Below, piece after piece: positions 1 to 15,000 of a stretch of DNA of 39,925 nt. How positions within the stretch are numbered: the first letter of the stretch is position 1; the number at the start of each line of letters is the position of its first letter. A program made the translations under genes and the position numbers. The DNA is taken from contig JBDRKX010000131.1 in the NCBI GenBank assembly GCA_043813605.1, positions 1-39,925 on the forward strand, in the 5' to 3' direction. The notes below the pieces were generated by a model. It made no database searches. It saw nothing but the letters and a program-made list of their open reading frames with translations, and was not told the origin of the DNA. The DNA comes from Elusimicrobiota bacterium (GTDB taxonomy: Bacteria > CG03 > SLGR01 > JBDRKX01).

Positions 1-3000
1 TAACGAAGATTCCAGATCTTCGCGGCCTTCGCCCGTCACGTAGGATATCACGTCCAGTAACGAGCCCGACATCCTCAATACGCTCCCTTCCGCCGTGTCC
101 TCAAGCGAAGATAACCCGTGCTGTTTAAGCCCGCTGTCAAGCTCCGCAAGAAGATCTGCAGGCAATGCGGATAACCCTTCTTTCAACTGCGTGCGTAAAC
201 CCTGGCTTAAGAGATATTTCAGTCCGGCGCGACGTGACCGCTTCCGTTTCTGGAAATACCTTATTATCGGCTCTATATACTCTATATCTTCTTCACGGTT
301 GACCGTGATATATATGCCTTCTACCCCGCTTCTTTTAAAAGCGTTCTCCATTCGTTCGCGGCGGTTACTCACTTCGCGCCGGAACTTAGCGCGAAGACGC
401 GCATCAGACGTATCCAGCAGTCTTTCTTCACCGGTTTCGCTATCCTTTATCCTTATCAGTCCGACATCCGGGATATGCATTTCCCTTACATCATTCACTA
501 CTATCGGAACTATTTCATGCCGACGGCTCAGTTTACGAAGAGATTCCTCGTAACCCTCGCACATAAAATCTGATATAACAAAGACCAACGACCTGCGTTT
601 AAGTCTTTTTGAAAGGTCTTCAAGACCTTTCCTGAGGTCGGTACCCTGCCCGTCCCTTTTCCCGTTCCAGATAGCATCCAAAAGCCGCGATACCTGACGC
701 GTACTGCTCTTGGGCTGAATATATTCTTCTACACGATCAGAAACGCGCATTAGCCCGACAGATTCATTGTTGTGGTTTGCTGCCAGTACAAGTGATGCCG
801 ATATATTCTCGTTCACTGCTCTCTTTGTTATGCCGTGCGTGCCGAGGTCCCCGGATGCGCTAACATCCTGGATCACCATTATCGGCAGATCCCTTTCTTC
901 GCGCATCTTCCATACGAAGAGTTTCCCGGTCTTTGCGTATACTTTCTGATCTATCTTTTTCGGATCATCTTCTCCGGGCTGATACTCTACAATATCTTCG
1001 AATTCAGCGCCGTCCGGGCCCATGAAAAGAGAACGGAATCCGCCCATGGGCAATGAGTTCACAAGCATTCTTACAAAAGGTTCTATCTTTTTATATTTTC
1101 TGTCGACTTCAGAAGGTATAACAATACCGCCGATCAGGAACATCGGCAGTAGTCCTGCTAGGAACAACAGGCCGGATCCGGGTTTTACACCGGGCAATAA
1201 GCTGGAAAGTTTTTCGGTTACTTTCATCTTCTTCAGGATCTTCTGGGCATGTTTCTTTACCTGCAGATTACCGTCATTTGTAAAATACTCTACTATTTTT
1301 ACGTCATCGGCGTCCCATTCTTCCTTACCTTCAATGGGACTGAGTATCTCACTTGATTTATCTCCGGCAGACACATAATCCTTGAATTTTTCAAGATACT
1401 CGGCTGCCGTTTTAACTACCTCACTGTCTTTGCTGTCACCGAAAAGTATCAGCATCTTCAGGTCGTTACTTGATGTATCATGTTCTTTCTCGTCTTCTAT
1501 TATATATTCGAAAAACCTTAATACATCTTTACCTATAATGTCCCGGAGATTCTCGTAAGCAGTCTGAGAAAGATGTCCGATATATGCATCGCCCATCATT
1601 CTTTTTACGATAAGATCTTTGATCTCTTCTTTCGGCCCGTATTCTATTACACCCCTTTCCAACATTATCCTCATTACTTCTTTCTGCATTTCTATTTTCT
1701 CGCTATGGAAGAAAACAGTTATCAGTCTGTTGAATTCCTTGAACTCGCTATGCGCCGGTTCTGAACTGGAATACCCGTGTTCTTCAAGAAGTTTCAGGGC
1801 GTCTATTATTATTTCCCTGGGAATATCCTTACTGTTAGCCAGTTCTTTATAGATGTTCTTTACCCTGGAGAACACATCTATGAAACCGCTGCTGCCGAGA
1901 AGTCCTATAGTTCTTATATCATCTGCAGACAGTTCTGCGCCTTCCATGATAAAATCTATTACTTTCAATCCAAGAGAAGTACCGCGCAGGTTCTCGAATG
2001 GTACTGTCCTCGTTTCCGCTGCGTATCCGTAGTCATCCATATCCCCAGCGTCATATCCCCCATACGGTGATACAGATTCCTTGGACATCTCCAGTATCGT
2101 TTTATTAATGAGCGCCTTGACAGCAGGCCCCTTCTTCATAAGGTAATCCAGCGTTACCGCCTGGCTTTTTGCGTCGGCATTATGCAGGAATTCCACCACA
2201 GGTTCCGTTAACCCGTATCTTTCAAATATATCCATGGCGGCAGCAGTCGGTACAGGTTTGATACCGAGAGGTTTTCTTGCGAGAGCCACTATCGCGTCCA
2301 GACACTTCTTGTCGGTTCTCAAATCGGCTTCTCCGATGAATTTTATGATCGATTTAGCAAGATCTTCATCGGAAAATGTCTGATTGATCATCACGTAACT
2401 TACTTTCGAATAGTATACATATCTCTTTTCCGCGTCTTTTTTAAGAGCCCGCGCAAGCGCCGTCCTTCCTGTTTCTTTCATGCCTTTTATATATTCAAAT
2501 GCCTTGTTATTCACCGTTATCTGTTTGTTCTCCAGGAACTTTATTATCAGTTCGGCATTTTGCAGATTATTCAGGCTCTTCAGCGCGACAAAAGCGGCTT
2601 CTTCGTGTGCGTCATAGTATTTAGACAACAGCTCAATATACCAGGTATTTCCTGCCAGGTCATCTGTTTTTACTATGAACTCTATTATGTTAAGAGCAAG
2701 TTCCGGATCATAGCCGCCATTTTGCTGCAGGGTAAACCTTTCAGTGTTCTCGTCTTTCAGTATCATATTTGCAAGCACTTTTCTGCCCAGTTCATCATAT
2801 TTCATCAGACTCGCCAAGACAGCCTTCCGGACCGTATTGTCTTCCAATATCAGGAAATTCCCCATAAGACCGGCAGCGTATTCCGGTTTCAGTTCCGAAA
2901 TAAACCTCAGCATGCCCGGTACCAATTTGCTGTTTATCGATTTTACGTTAATGATATTTCTGTTTCCTTTAAATTCCGTCTTTTCTTTACTGGAAAGAAG

Positions 3001-6000
3001 AAAGGAAAGAGATTTCATAACCTGTTCTTTACCTGCTTCCTGAGACATCTGGTATTTCTTGATATATTCAATCAATACCGCTGCCTGGGCTTCTGCATCT
3101 TCTCTTACCAGGTACAGTACACCACCTTGATATTTAGTCATCACATTATCAGTATCTTTTGCTATGGCAATACCGAATTGAATGAGAACATTTTTGTTGT
3201 CTTCATATTCGGCTAAAGCCCCTTCGACAAGCCTGGATTCGGGTTTTTCGAGTATATGGCCCTTTATCATGCCGTAGGCATACCTGCTGACTTTATTATC
3301 CATATGGCTGATTGCGCGGAATATATTATTAAACGCTTCGACACCGTGCGCATCATCAGGATGGGTATCTATTATTCTCTTACTGGAATCTATTATCATC
3401 TTGAATATCTCGAACGAGTCCATGTTGTTCATATTGCTTTCCATGTAAGTGCCGTATACCCAGTTACTGGCAGTGTATTTTTCTTCCAGAGCCAGTATCA
3501 CTCCGCGCAGGAATGTTTCCGACGATGAAGTCAGTAACGACCCGGTATCAAGCAGTGCAAGAAGGACCTGCCTTGCATTCGGATCAGGAGAATCTTTAAG
3601 CACGTCCAATGCCTCGTACCATCTTAAGTCTTTTTCAGGCACTTCCAGAGAATGCCATTTAACGAGCTTGAGATCCTTGGAAGCGACAACCTCGTTCTGC
3701 CACCATGTCAGCAATACAGGCAGCACTTTTTCTTTTATCGCAAGATCCATGTAGTCACTGTAAAGTATTACGCTGTATTTGCCGAAAAGCCTCTGGAATC
3801 CCAGCAATGACACCTCTGACTGTTTTTGCTTATACTGAAGGAACTTGTATCCGGTTATGGCTCCCTGGGCAACGACGAGCATCATGAGGATACTCATCAC
3901 TGTCACTATAATCCTCCTCTTGAACGAAGATTTGGCTATTTTTCCTGTTTCTGCAGAATGTTCGTAAGGCATCTTTTCGACCGCGTATTCTCTTATGTCT
4001 TCGGCCTGATGTTTTTTGAGTTCGTTAAGTATAAACTTGGCCGATTTATCAGTTTCATCCGGATTCCATATATTCAGCAGCTTCGTTATTATCTGAGGTT
4101 TATCCAGCCACGTGATCTCACGGCGGGTCTCAGAAAGAAGCAGATGTTTAATAACGTCTCCCCACGTGTATTTATTAAGACCGCTCTCCATCCTGATAAG
4201 GGCAAGTTCTATGCCGTTTTCTATATCTTCATCATCGGTATAAAGATATACTACTACAGCTTTCTCCACCCATAAAGCTTTTCTTTCCTCCATAACGGTA
4301 TTTATGAGTTCCTGCCTCTTTTTAGCTGAATCAAGTTTTATCCATGAATCGAGAAATTCGCTGAGTTCCCTTGCGTCCACTTTTCTTATCTGCCTGTAAG
4401 GTATCAGATCAAGGGACTTATTTTTTGGTTTCCTGTAATCTACAAATAAATCTTCGACGTTTTTCCTGATACGTTTCTGTGTAACTGAGAACAGCCTGTC
4501 GAGCAGATCTCCTATGCCGGCAGCTATCTGCCTGCGCATAACTACCTGCAAGTATATCAACAGAAAACCGCCCAGCATTGCTATGCTCCACGGTACGAAG
4601 TCTACCAGTGTATATAGAGAGATGTTCCCGGCAAATTCACTCCAGTATTCGGATATCCCCGCCGCTTCTGCCGGAGATATAGTACCGAGCACACCGGCAC
4701 TTATCATAAGGATTGTAAATATTATGGTACCCAAAGTGGTCTTGCCTGCTTTGGATACGGGTGCAGCCGGTTTTGATCCCCTTGTGAATAAAGAAGTAAG
4801 ACCTCTTCGTTTTTTCTTCAATGACGGAGAACTTTCCAGATCTTCTTCCGGCCTGATAAAAAAGCTCTTAGTGCGTATCAGCATATTCAAGAGGTAGAGG
4901 ATAGCCGCAGGAAGCATGAAATAGGAACTCAGGTCTTTGAACCGCACAAGATAGCTTTTACCTTTACCCTTGACACTCGCTACGGCCCGCCTGAGGAGAC
5001 TGGCCGCTGTCTCGTCGTCAACATGCGCATATATGCCGCCGCTCATATCTCTTATCTGCATCAATGAAGCCGGATTCGGTGTTGTCGTAGCGCGCCGGCC
5101 CGCCTCATCCTTAATATACGTTTTTATTTCACCTGTATCAGAGAGTACAGGCATTTCAGTCGCCGCAGAACCTACACAGTATGTCAGTATAGTTATATTG
5201 TTCTTCTTCGCTTCTTCAATAGCTTTGACAAGATCTTCGTTTGCCCCGAAATCCTCTCCATCCGATATTATCATTATGAATTTTTTGTCTTCCACTCTTA
5301 CCCCGGTAGTTTTCTTAAACCTGTCTATGGCTTCATTTATACTCGAAGCAATATTAGTGCTTTCTACCGCTATAGCATTCCCGCTTTCCTTGTAATGTGA
5401 CAGCCTCTCCATGATCTCTTCCGGCCGGCCTCTTACCAGGTTCAGCTTATATTTCAGGTCGGTATAATTGCCGGAAACAGGGGATACCATCTTGGCAACA
5501 CCGCCGAAGACTATAAGTCCCAGCCTGTTGTTTCCTTCGGATTTTTCTATTATATCCAGTACTTCCTGTACCCCTTTATCGAGCCTTCGTTCTTCTGAAT
5601 AGGCCATGCTGGGTGTAACATCCATCAATATCATTGTATCGGAACTGCCGAATGGCGTATCTTCCACGCCTCCTCTCGGTCCGGCAACGACTACAAGGAT
5701 CAATATTACAGCTATCGCTTCAACAAGCGTTTTGATTATCGATCTTCTGAACCCTTTCCATTCCCGGAGTTTTTCCGGCACCAGTCTCGGCGCCCATTTT
5801 CTGGCTTTTTTGAAGCCGCGAATCAGGCTGCTCCAGGTAACAGCAGCTATTATGCCTATTGCGACAGGAACCATATAAAGTACCTGTGCACGTGCGAAAT
5901 CTATTATGCTCCCGTCAGTTATCTTCTCGAATATTCCTGTACCCGCCCACGATGCCGAAGTACCCATTGTCATACTAAAAAGCAGTGAACCTCCGAGCAT

Positions 6001-9000
6001 CATGAAGATCATCCAGACTCCTTTCCCCTGTTTTGAAGGAGCAGAAGGCCGGTCTTTATTTTTATTCAGTTCCGAAACCTTTTCTGCCGCCTCGCTGCCG
6101 TCCTGCCGGCCGGCGCTATCCGAGTCGTTATCTCCCTGCTGTTTTCCTCCCTGCTCGGATTTACTATTGGATTCTTTCCCGCCTTTCTTACCGCTCTTCT
6201 TCGATCCCCCCTGGCTCTTCTTATCACCCTGCTGGTTCTGCTGTTCTTTCCGGTTCTTCAGCAGTACCTCAAGATTCCAGCGGGCGTCTTTGTTGTCAGG
6301 ATTAACTTTGAGCGCGTTCCTGTAAAGCGCTACTGCTGCTTCAACTTTATTCATCTGCAGTTTTGTATTGGCCTGGTTGAAGTAAGCATTTGAAACAAGG
6401 TCTATTAAGGGCACCGCTTTTTTAAGTTCCTTCTTTTCAGTTTCGGTCATTTCAAGGCCCCTGCGCCATTTTTCTATAACTTCTTTGTGAACAGCCAGTC
6501 TTGTCCTGCCTTCATCCACCACTTCCTGAAAAACGGATATCGCCCTGTCGTTCATCTGTGAATTTTTCTGAGCCAGCATTACATACACACATGCCTCGTT
6601 CATCAGGGGCTCCAGCAGGTCGGGATACAGCATCCTGGCAAGAAGATACATCCTGAGAGCTTCTTTGTACTTGCCTTCGGCAAAATATTCGTTCCCTTTT
6701 TCCAGTTCCTTTATTCCTTTGACATCGAGGACACGCAGTTTACGTATATTATCTTTCACGGTCTCGAATATATTGCTCTTTTCCTGTTCCTCAGCAGCCG
6801 GTTCATGTTTCTCGATGAGCAATGTTTCTTCAGCAGCGGAAGCCGATGTTATCTGCCCCAAACCGCCGCCGGAAAACGCTATACTGAAACTCAGAAGAAG
6901 CACAAAAAGAGACCGCAGCCTGCTGTTCTCGGCTATAAGCTTTAAACCGTATGAACCCAGCGCCAGAAGAGCGAATATCCATATAATATCGTTATGAACA
7001 ACCCGCTGTGTCGGCACCAGCCGTTTCTGCATTTCAGCTATCTCTTTGAACGCATCTATCATCTCGGAATTGTCATTTGCCATAAAAAACCGCCCGCCGG
7101 TCATATTTGCCATTTCGGTAAGCGTATCTACATCTACGCCTGTACTTCCCGGGCTGCCCGAAAGCGACGCGCCTATAGCATATATCTTTATACCAAGATC
7201 ACGGGCAAGTTCCGCCGCCTGTTTTTCCGTGAAATGGCCTCCGACCCTCTGGCCATCCGTTACCAGCACTACTGCCTGGCCTTTCACTTTATTTAATATC
7301 TCTTCAAATATTATCGGGTCTTCTTTCAGTATCTCAATCGCCTTCGTCATGCCTTGCTCTCTGTAAACAAGCTGTTTTATATCGTCTGATACCTTTGGAT
7401 GTTCGAGTACGGCAACTTCCAGAATATGATGCAGTCCTTCGACCGTTCCGTCACCCAGAGCGGTAGAACTCTCCAGCTTTTCCGTCATATTGAGCATGTC
7501 CAGCAGACCGTCATAATCTCTTGTCAGCCTCATGAGCACCCAGGTAAAATCCCCGAATTTCACAAGGCCTATACGGTTATTCGTATCTCTCTGGCTGTTT
7601 ATATATTTTATCGCCGCCTTGACCGCTACCTCGAAACGCGTGAGTTCCGCTGATTTGCCTATATTCGTGCTCATGCTGCTCGAAACATCATAAACCACCA
7701 CACTGTCTGCTACCGGTATATGATGGATCGGTTTTTTAACACCGAGCATCGGTTTTGCCAGTGCCAGTATCATGAAGCTTATTGCAAGAAACTCGAGAAA
7801 CCCCGGCAGCAGCCTCGTCAATCTCTTGCCGGAAACCTGTTTTGAGAAAACAGAGCTGTCCGAATACTCGAATGAACGTTTTTTCCTGAAATACCTGTAA
7901 CCGAACACCGCGGCTACAGCGGCAAATCCGGCAAGAAAATACGGTTCCTGCAGTTTTATCCCCTCTATTATCGCGCCGGCATCCGTTCCTCCCCAGGCAC
8001 TGCCTACTGTAACAAGGCTCACAAGTAATACGAACGTTAGTGCAAACAATCTGACCCTTGATAACAGTTTGATATTTTTACCATTAATCGGATGTTTAAG
8101 GGCTATATATCTTATGAATTTTTCGGCATTTTCTATATCTTCACGGGTATCTTCCATGCTGGCGCCTGCAAACCTTACAAGATCACTGTCACGGAGTATC
8201 CTGGTCAGAAAATCTATCTGGTCTTCACTCAACCGGCTGTCTTTTTTTGCGTCTTTTAAGAATTTTTCGGTATCCCTCTGGTGCCTGGTAAGGCCCGCTT
8301 TATCCGCAAATCCAAGCTGATCTACTACGAATTTTTTCAGGCTCTCGGCAAGCACGCTGTATACATTATTCTGGCTGACCATACGCAGGTCAGCATCTTC
8401 TTTGAGATTATAGATTTCCTGTAACGCTATCTCTGCCGGTTCTTCCAGTTTTGCAGTAGAAATTCCGGCCGGCCGTCTTCTCCTTATATACCCTATTATG
8501 AATCCCAGTCCGGTGATCGAGAGTATTGCGCTTATTATTATGCCGAACACATTGAAATCCGAAAGTTTACCGGCAAACCCGGTCTTCGATTTTTTCAGTT
8601 TCAGTGATTGTTTCGGCATACCGGCCGGTATTATCGATTTAAGAGTGACTTCGGGCATCTTAACACTTGATATTACTGCCTGGTCTTCTCCCGGCAGGAA
8701 AGTCCTTATTAAAACAGGAGCTATTTCCGTTTTTCCGAACTTATTGTTCAGTCCGGTACTTAACACAAACTGAAGCACCACTGTGTCTTTGCCTACATAT
8801 GTCTTCTCCTGGCCTTTTATCTCAACAATATTGAAATCACCCAGTTTTCCTGTGCGCGGAGTGAAGATCAGCTCAAAATCTTTTTCTTTTTTCACTAATA
8901 CTTCAACTACAAACTCCTCTTCCACACGGAGTTCGGTCTTACTCAGGTTCCTGGTACTAGAAATTGGTACGGGAAGAGTTTCAAAACTGCCGGCAAGACG

Positions 9001-12000
9001 CGGTTTTTTGCCGCTCTTATAGTCTGCCGCTACCTTGTCCGCTATTCCTTTCTGCACTGATTCTTCCTGGAGTTGCCAGCTGAATTTTTCTGCCAATGTA
9101 CGTGCTTCTTTAAGCACTTCTTTGAAAGTCGCATCCGCTTTAACATCTATTCCTAACACATGTTTCTTTACACGATCATACATCTCCGCCTGGATGAGCT
9201 CATCCAGTACTTTATCATTAGAGACACCGGTCTTCGCAGCTATCTCCCGTATGATCCCTTTTCTGAACTCCCAGTGTTCGCCATTCATAAATATGCCGAT
9301 CGTCTGTGCGATCAGTACTGCTTTTTCCGGCGGTACTCCCTGCACAAAAAGCGAGCGGAATATATTATCCACTCCGGTATAGTTTACCGGGTATGACACA
9401 TTGCGGTTGATCAGCCCGGAGAGCCGCGGTGCCTTTTCATATGTCTGTATCCACGGCATCTGGTAACCGGTAGGAGTGAACCACGGTACGAACTCATTAA
9501 ATGTATCTACTCTCAGTTTTTCGACTATATCCTTCCATTCCCAGTCTTTAACATCTTCATAAGAGAGATAATCTGCTCCCCAGACATCCATCACCGCTTC
9601 ACGCACTATGTCCGATTTTATCTTTTCCGGTATCAGCATGCCCAGTATAAAATCCTTCAGCACGCTCTGGTGTATAGACATTATTTCCCGGTTGGCATAA
9701 GGAAACATCTCTCTCATGAGTCTTCCCAGTATATATTTCATCTGTTCTTCAGGCGTCGATTTTGGAGCCGCTTTAATTGTTTTGTTTACGTTCTCTATGA
9801 ATATGCGCATGTCTTTACTGTTCCCTGAAATGACCCTGTAAAGAAGGTCCATATACTGTCTTCCGTGGGCCCCGAACAGGTAAAAATCACCTATATCGGT
9901 TCCTATGTCTGTAAAAAACCTTATATAATGCAGGCTCTCGTGCGGGATGATCACTTCTATCTGACATGCTATATCAGCCGGGCTTGTTAAGAAATCCGTC
10001 GGTATATATATGCTGCCTCTTTCGGGCCCTTCCGGCAGTACGAAAGCCATGACGCCCCGCTGCCCTGCTTTCTGCTCAATCGCAGCGGAGGACACCATTC
10101 TTGTATTATAGGTCGCTTGCCGGTTCCACCTGTCACGCTCAGCCCCAGTTCCTATATCCAGTTGGTCGAACTGAGCCCTGTTGCGTATCCTGAAAATGAC
10201 TTTGCCAAGCCATTTTTTCGCTATATCGGACATTATGAATTCCTGCGGCTTGTCGGGATCTTTAGAACTGTTCCACGGCTGCGTGATGTTCCTGTCTATC
10301 CATTTCGTCCAGAATTGAAGTGAATACTCTCTTTTTCCTTCAAGAACTTCTTTTTCCAGCTTTACAAGATCCATTATCGAGTTATGCCACGTCCCGAGTT
10401 CTTTCAGCATGTATTCTGCAACAGCAGTGATGCCTGGCAGAGTTTCAGGATCATTTGTCAATGTAATAAGGTGGTCCGGATTAAGCCTGGCATCACCGAG
10501 AAACCCTTCAATAAAAGAATGCAGGGCACCATGGGCTATGAGGAAAGGCCTAGGATCTTGTATTATATCCCTGATGTCTTTCTCGCTTATTTTGCCTGAT
10601 TCCAGCTTATCAAGTATGTTCCGGCGCGGGCTGCCTTCGTCTTTAAGCAGTTTATCAGCAAGTTCTTGTTTAAGGGGCTCGAGAATAGCCGTATTCCCTT
10701 CTATGATAGCCATTGAAGCTATCCTTCCGAGCAGAACAGCATTATCTATGTTTATGAATAGAACCGGTGAATTCATAGCCGGATCATTGAGCCCTCCGAC
10801 TATCTGCACCCTGTTGTTTTTAATATGTTCTGCCAGTATTTCTACTGTCTTTTTAGTGAAATCAGCGGAACTTATCTCTCCGTGCTGTGATAATTGCACA
10901 AGGGAATTCAACGCAAACAGATGGGTCTCCTGCGCTGCCGGATCCGTAAACGAATGGTTTTTCAGTATTTCCTGAAGAAGCCCCGCCGATTCCCTATATT
11001 TTGACAGCACGTGCATAGCGGCATTCCTGCTGGCGCCTGCAGGCGCATTTTCAGCAAACGCCAGAAGGTCCTTGAGGTATTTATCGGGAAGAGTATTGGC
11101 GTGAGTAAGCGCGTCTGCTGCAGTCAGAACAACAGCCTCGGCACGGGCCGCTACCGGATTCATAACCAGTCCCATAAGATAATCCCTTACATTATCAGTT
11201 TCTATATATTTGAGTATCCTCAGTGTCATTATAGCCGGCGGGAATGCCGACAGGTCTCCCATCATCATACCCATCAAAGCGCCGTTGATGGCCATCATAT
11301 TCAAGCGTATGAGCCTGTCAGTTGCGTCTTTGTCGAAATATTTAGTTACTTTACCGGCAAGTGTAAGTGACTTCACATATGAGGTCAGGGAGACTATCGC
11401 CGCCTGCTTCAGTTTAAAATCAGTTTCATTCTCGATTATCTCAGTAAGTATATCCACAGTGAGCTTTGTCTTTATATTGGAGATAATATATATGAGGTTC
11501 TCCTGCTCTTCCCCGTCTTCAAGCTCATACCTTTCATACAGTTCGTTCAGTATCTCGTTCTTTTCCTTTTCGGTCACGCGGCGGTCTATTATCTGCGTAT
11601 ATGTAAGGCGGTCCGGCATCGGGATATCCCTGAGTATCATCTCTTTATGGTAAGTCATGTCAGGAGCACTCAGCATATAGGCTCTGGCTGAGCTCAATAT
11701 TGACGGCATTACAGGCGCCACTATCATGTGAAGAGCCATGATTACTAATGCCAATCTTCTTACCATATTTTTACGCGAAAATCTTTCTTTTATCCTGTTA
11801 ATAAAAGGGATTTTCCCGTCTATAGATACTTCAGGTATCGCGTTTTCCGCTGCAAATCTGCGCACCCTTCCGGCAAGCCCCGTACTCCACATTATACCCC
11901 TTCTGTTAGCTTTTCTTTTTGCGGCAAGCCTTATGAGTTCCCTGGCAATGACTGCCGAAAGCTCTTCTTTCGAAAGCCATTCAGTATTATCTACATTCAG

Positions 12001-15000
12001 GTATATGCAGTTATTAGTTGCTCCGGAATGCGCTGTGAATTTCGGCGGTGCCCTGTCATCTGTTGTTTCAATTATGACTATATTTACATTCTCTTTTGTC
12101 TCGTTTATATCGATTTCACCTACAACAGGCGCTTCAAGTGTGCCTATGTTGATCATTGCAAGCGCTTCTTTTATTTCTTCTACTGTTTCTGTATCCGCTG
12201 CCGGCCACAATTCATCCTGCGGCATAATACTGCCCACACGGACTACTTTCCCTTTTTTGTTAAGTTTAGACCATTCAAGGTATTCGTTGATCCTTCTATG
12301 ATCAAAGAAACTTACTGCGCCGTCTGCCGTAACTTTCTTTTCGTTTTTGTCATATTCGCTATAATTCACCTGTGCGAAGGCAAAGGGATTTATTATTCCC
12401 ATCATGTTCTGCTTTGATGCCAGATGTTTGAGCCTGTCTTCTCCAGGGGCAGGTCTTTCTTCTGTATCAATGTCGTCCTTTGCCATATCGGTTCCCGTTT
12501 CTATCGACTCTCTGTACCGTTCTATCCGGCCAAGTGCTTTTTTTATGCTTTCAAAGGCTTTTTTCCCGGGCTCTTTGCCTTCTTCGAGGTCATTCAATCC
12601 GTTATACCTGCTCTTCAGTACACGGAGTGTCTTCTGAAGGCCTGCATCTGTCTGGGAAGCTGTTCTAAGTTTCTTATCATTTAAAACAGCTTTTACCCTT
12701 TGCTTAAGTTCTCCCAGTCCGAGACCGTATATATCGCTTAATTTTTCTTCCGGTTCTTTTTCTTCGGGTTTTCTCCTGCCGAGTCTTCTCGTAAAGAAAG
12801 GCATAATAAAACCAAGCATATATGTACTGTCGTATGTTCTGTAAATATGTTCTATGGATTTTCTGTCTTCTTCCGGCAGAGACTTACCGGTTTTGAGCAT
12901 ACCTTCTTCTTTCCACTCATTTATCCATCTATCTATCTCAGATGAATTTATATTCTTTAATCCTTCTACAATGGATCTCCAGTCATCTACATAGAGCTGT
13001 GCAAGTTTGGGCGCCAGGTACTCCATGACCTTTGAAATAAGAAGCGGACGTATTGCCGCAGGCAGCTCTTTCTCATGCGACACCTTTGTCAGCCACACCA
13101 TAAGATCCAGGGTCAGCCTCTCTGCAGATATATGTATTTCTACATCACGCTCTTCGTGAGCCCAGAATTCTTCCGACTGGATCTCTTTAATACCTGCCTT
13201 CATCTGCCTCTGAAAAACCATTATCCCGGCTACACTGTCAACTTCCTTCTGAAATGATCTTTCAGTTACACCGGCCATTTTCAATCTTGACTGTATCTCG
13301 ATGATCCCGTCTTTTGTCTTATGTGAGAATGTTTTTTCATCCCTGTAAAGCTGCCCTATGTAATACAGTTCCGCAGGATCAAGATTGGTTGAAGAATAAA
13401 CACCGAAGATACCTCTTATGATCTCGTCCCATCTTTCATCTGTTATCACAGCCCTTAGTTTTTTCAAAGCTGCAGGCCTGTATTTTATATCACTCACCAG
13501 GTCCCTGCCGAGTTTATATGTAAGATACGTATATTCCTGCGCATCGCCGAAGGTCTGGTAGGGTTTTTCGCTCTGGATCATTATCGCGCCGAGCCTGTCA
13601 AAGACCTCGGGGTTCTGAAGATACATATTATAACGGCTTAAATATTTATAATACATAGTATCCGTCCACTCCAAACCGTTTGCTTTCAAAGCCAGGTAAT
13701 GAAACAAATGACCGCTTTCTGACGGGCTTGCCAGGATGGACCCTCCTAGGTGAGGATATTCCGCCGGCCCGAACGCTGTATTGATATAAGGACTGAAATA
13801 TGCGTTATCCCATTGCGGAGAGCTAAAATCATGAACTTTCGAGATCTTATATTCCTTGGGTAATTGTTCATATACAGCTCTCGGATAAAACCGGAGATTA
13901 TCCGCATAGACCATACCAAGCGCAAATTCTGCTATATTATCCCGGTCGATCTCCTGTTCATCAAGAATATAATTGATTTTTTTTATTGCCGCTTCCGATG
14001 GAGTAAATAATGAATCTTCAAATACGATCCCTGCCATTGCGCGGATCATGACATCCTGCCATTCTGATTTGCTCCAGCTTTCGGCTGTGCCTGGGGGAGA
14101 AATATTATCTACGGATTTTCCCTCAGATTTTGCTTTAAGATACCAGCTGTCAAGAGTTTCCGCCAGCACGGGTACAAGCCCGGTTTTGATCCAGGACTCA
14201 AAACCCGCAAGGTCCTTATTTTTCATCAGGGACTGTATAAGCTCATCTATTTTGTCTTCCGGAACAATTTTATTGCTCGAATATCCATGCAGGAGAGACA
14301 TCAGAGACTGGAGCGTCATACATTCGGGTGACGCCGGCGGGATATTCTTTATTGCATCAAATATTCCGGTTAGCGTTTCAGCTTCTTCTATCTTGAGCCC
14401 ATCGAGGAACATAGTCACGGTAAGATACGATGCAATGTCTGTATATACAGAAGGTAAAGCCTGTGAGATGGCCTCGTTCGAACCCTTCCATGAAGAGACC
14501 ATGGTAACCGCGCTTATAACTGACGTAGCCAGACTGTTTATCCTGCTTTCGTTCTCATTAATATTGGCTTTATCGGCCGCAAGCCTGTATATCTCATCGA
14601 TATTGGATTTAATAAGAGCACTTGCAGGTCTTATAGCTTCCATCTGACCCTTTGTCATCAGATTACTTGCAAAGAGGCGCATCAACCAGTTTGTACTGTT
14701 GTTGTTAATAACCCTGCTTAGGAAATTATCCTGCGTCAGATCATTACCCAGGAACGGTTTCCAGAAATCCAGGCCGCCCGGCACTATTATTTTTCCTTTG
14801 TTGTCATATTCAAAATAACCGGCCGTCTGTTTAATGAGTTTCAGCGAATTAGCGCTGATAAACTCTTCTGCTATATTTTTCTCAGGTATCATGTTCCTGA
14901 TGAAACTCACCTGCTTTTCAGCAGACACGTTCTTTGTACCGATCCAGAAGAGCATCTCTTTGAAGATCTTTGCCGCAGGAGTAATCGGAAGGAGCTTTTC

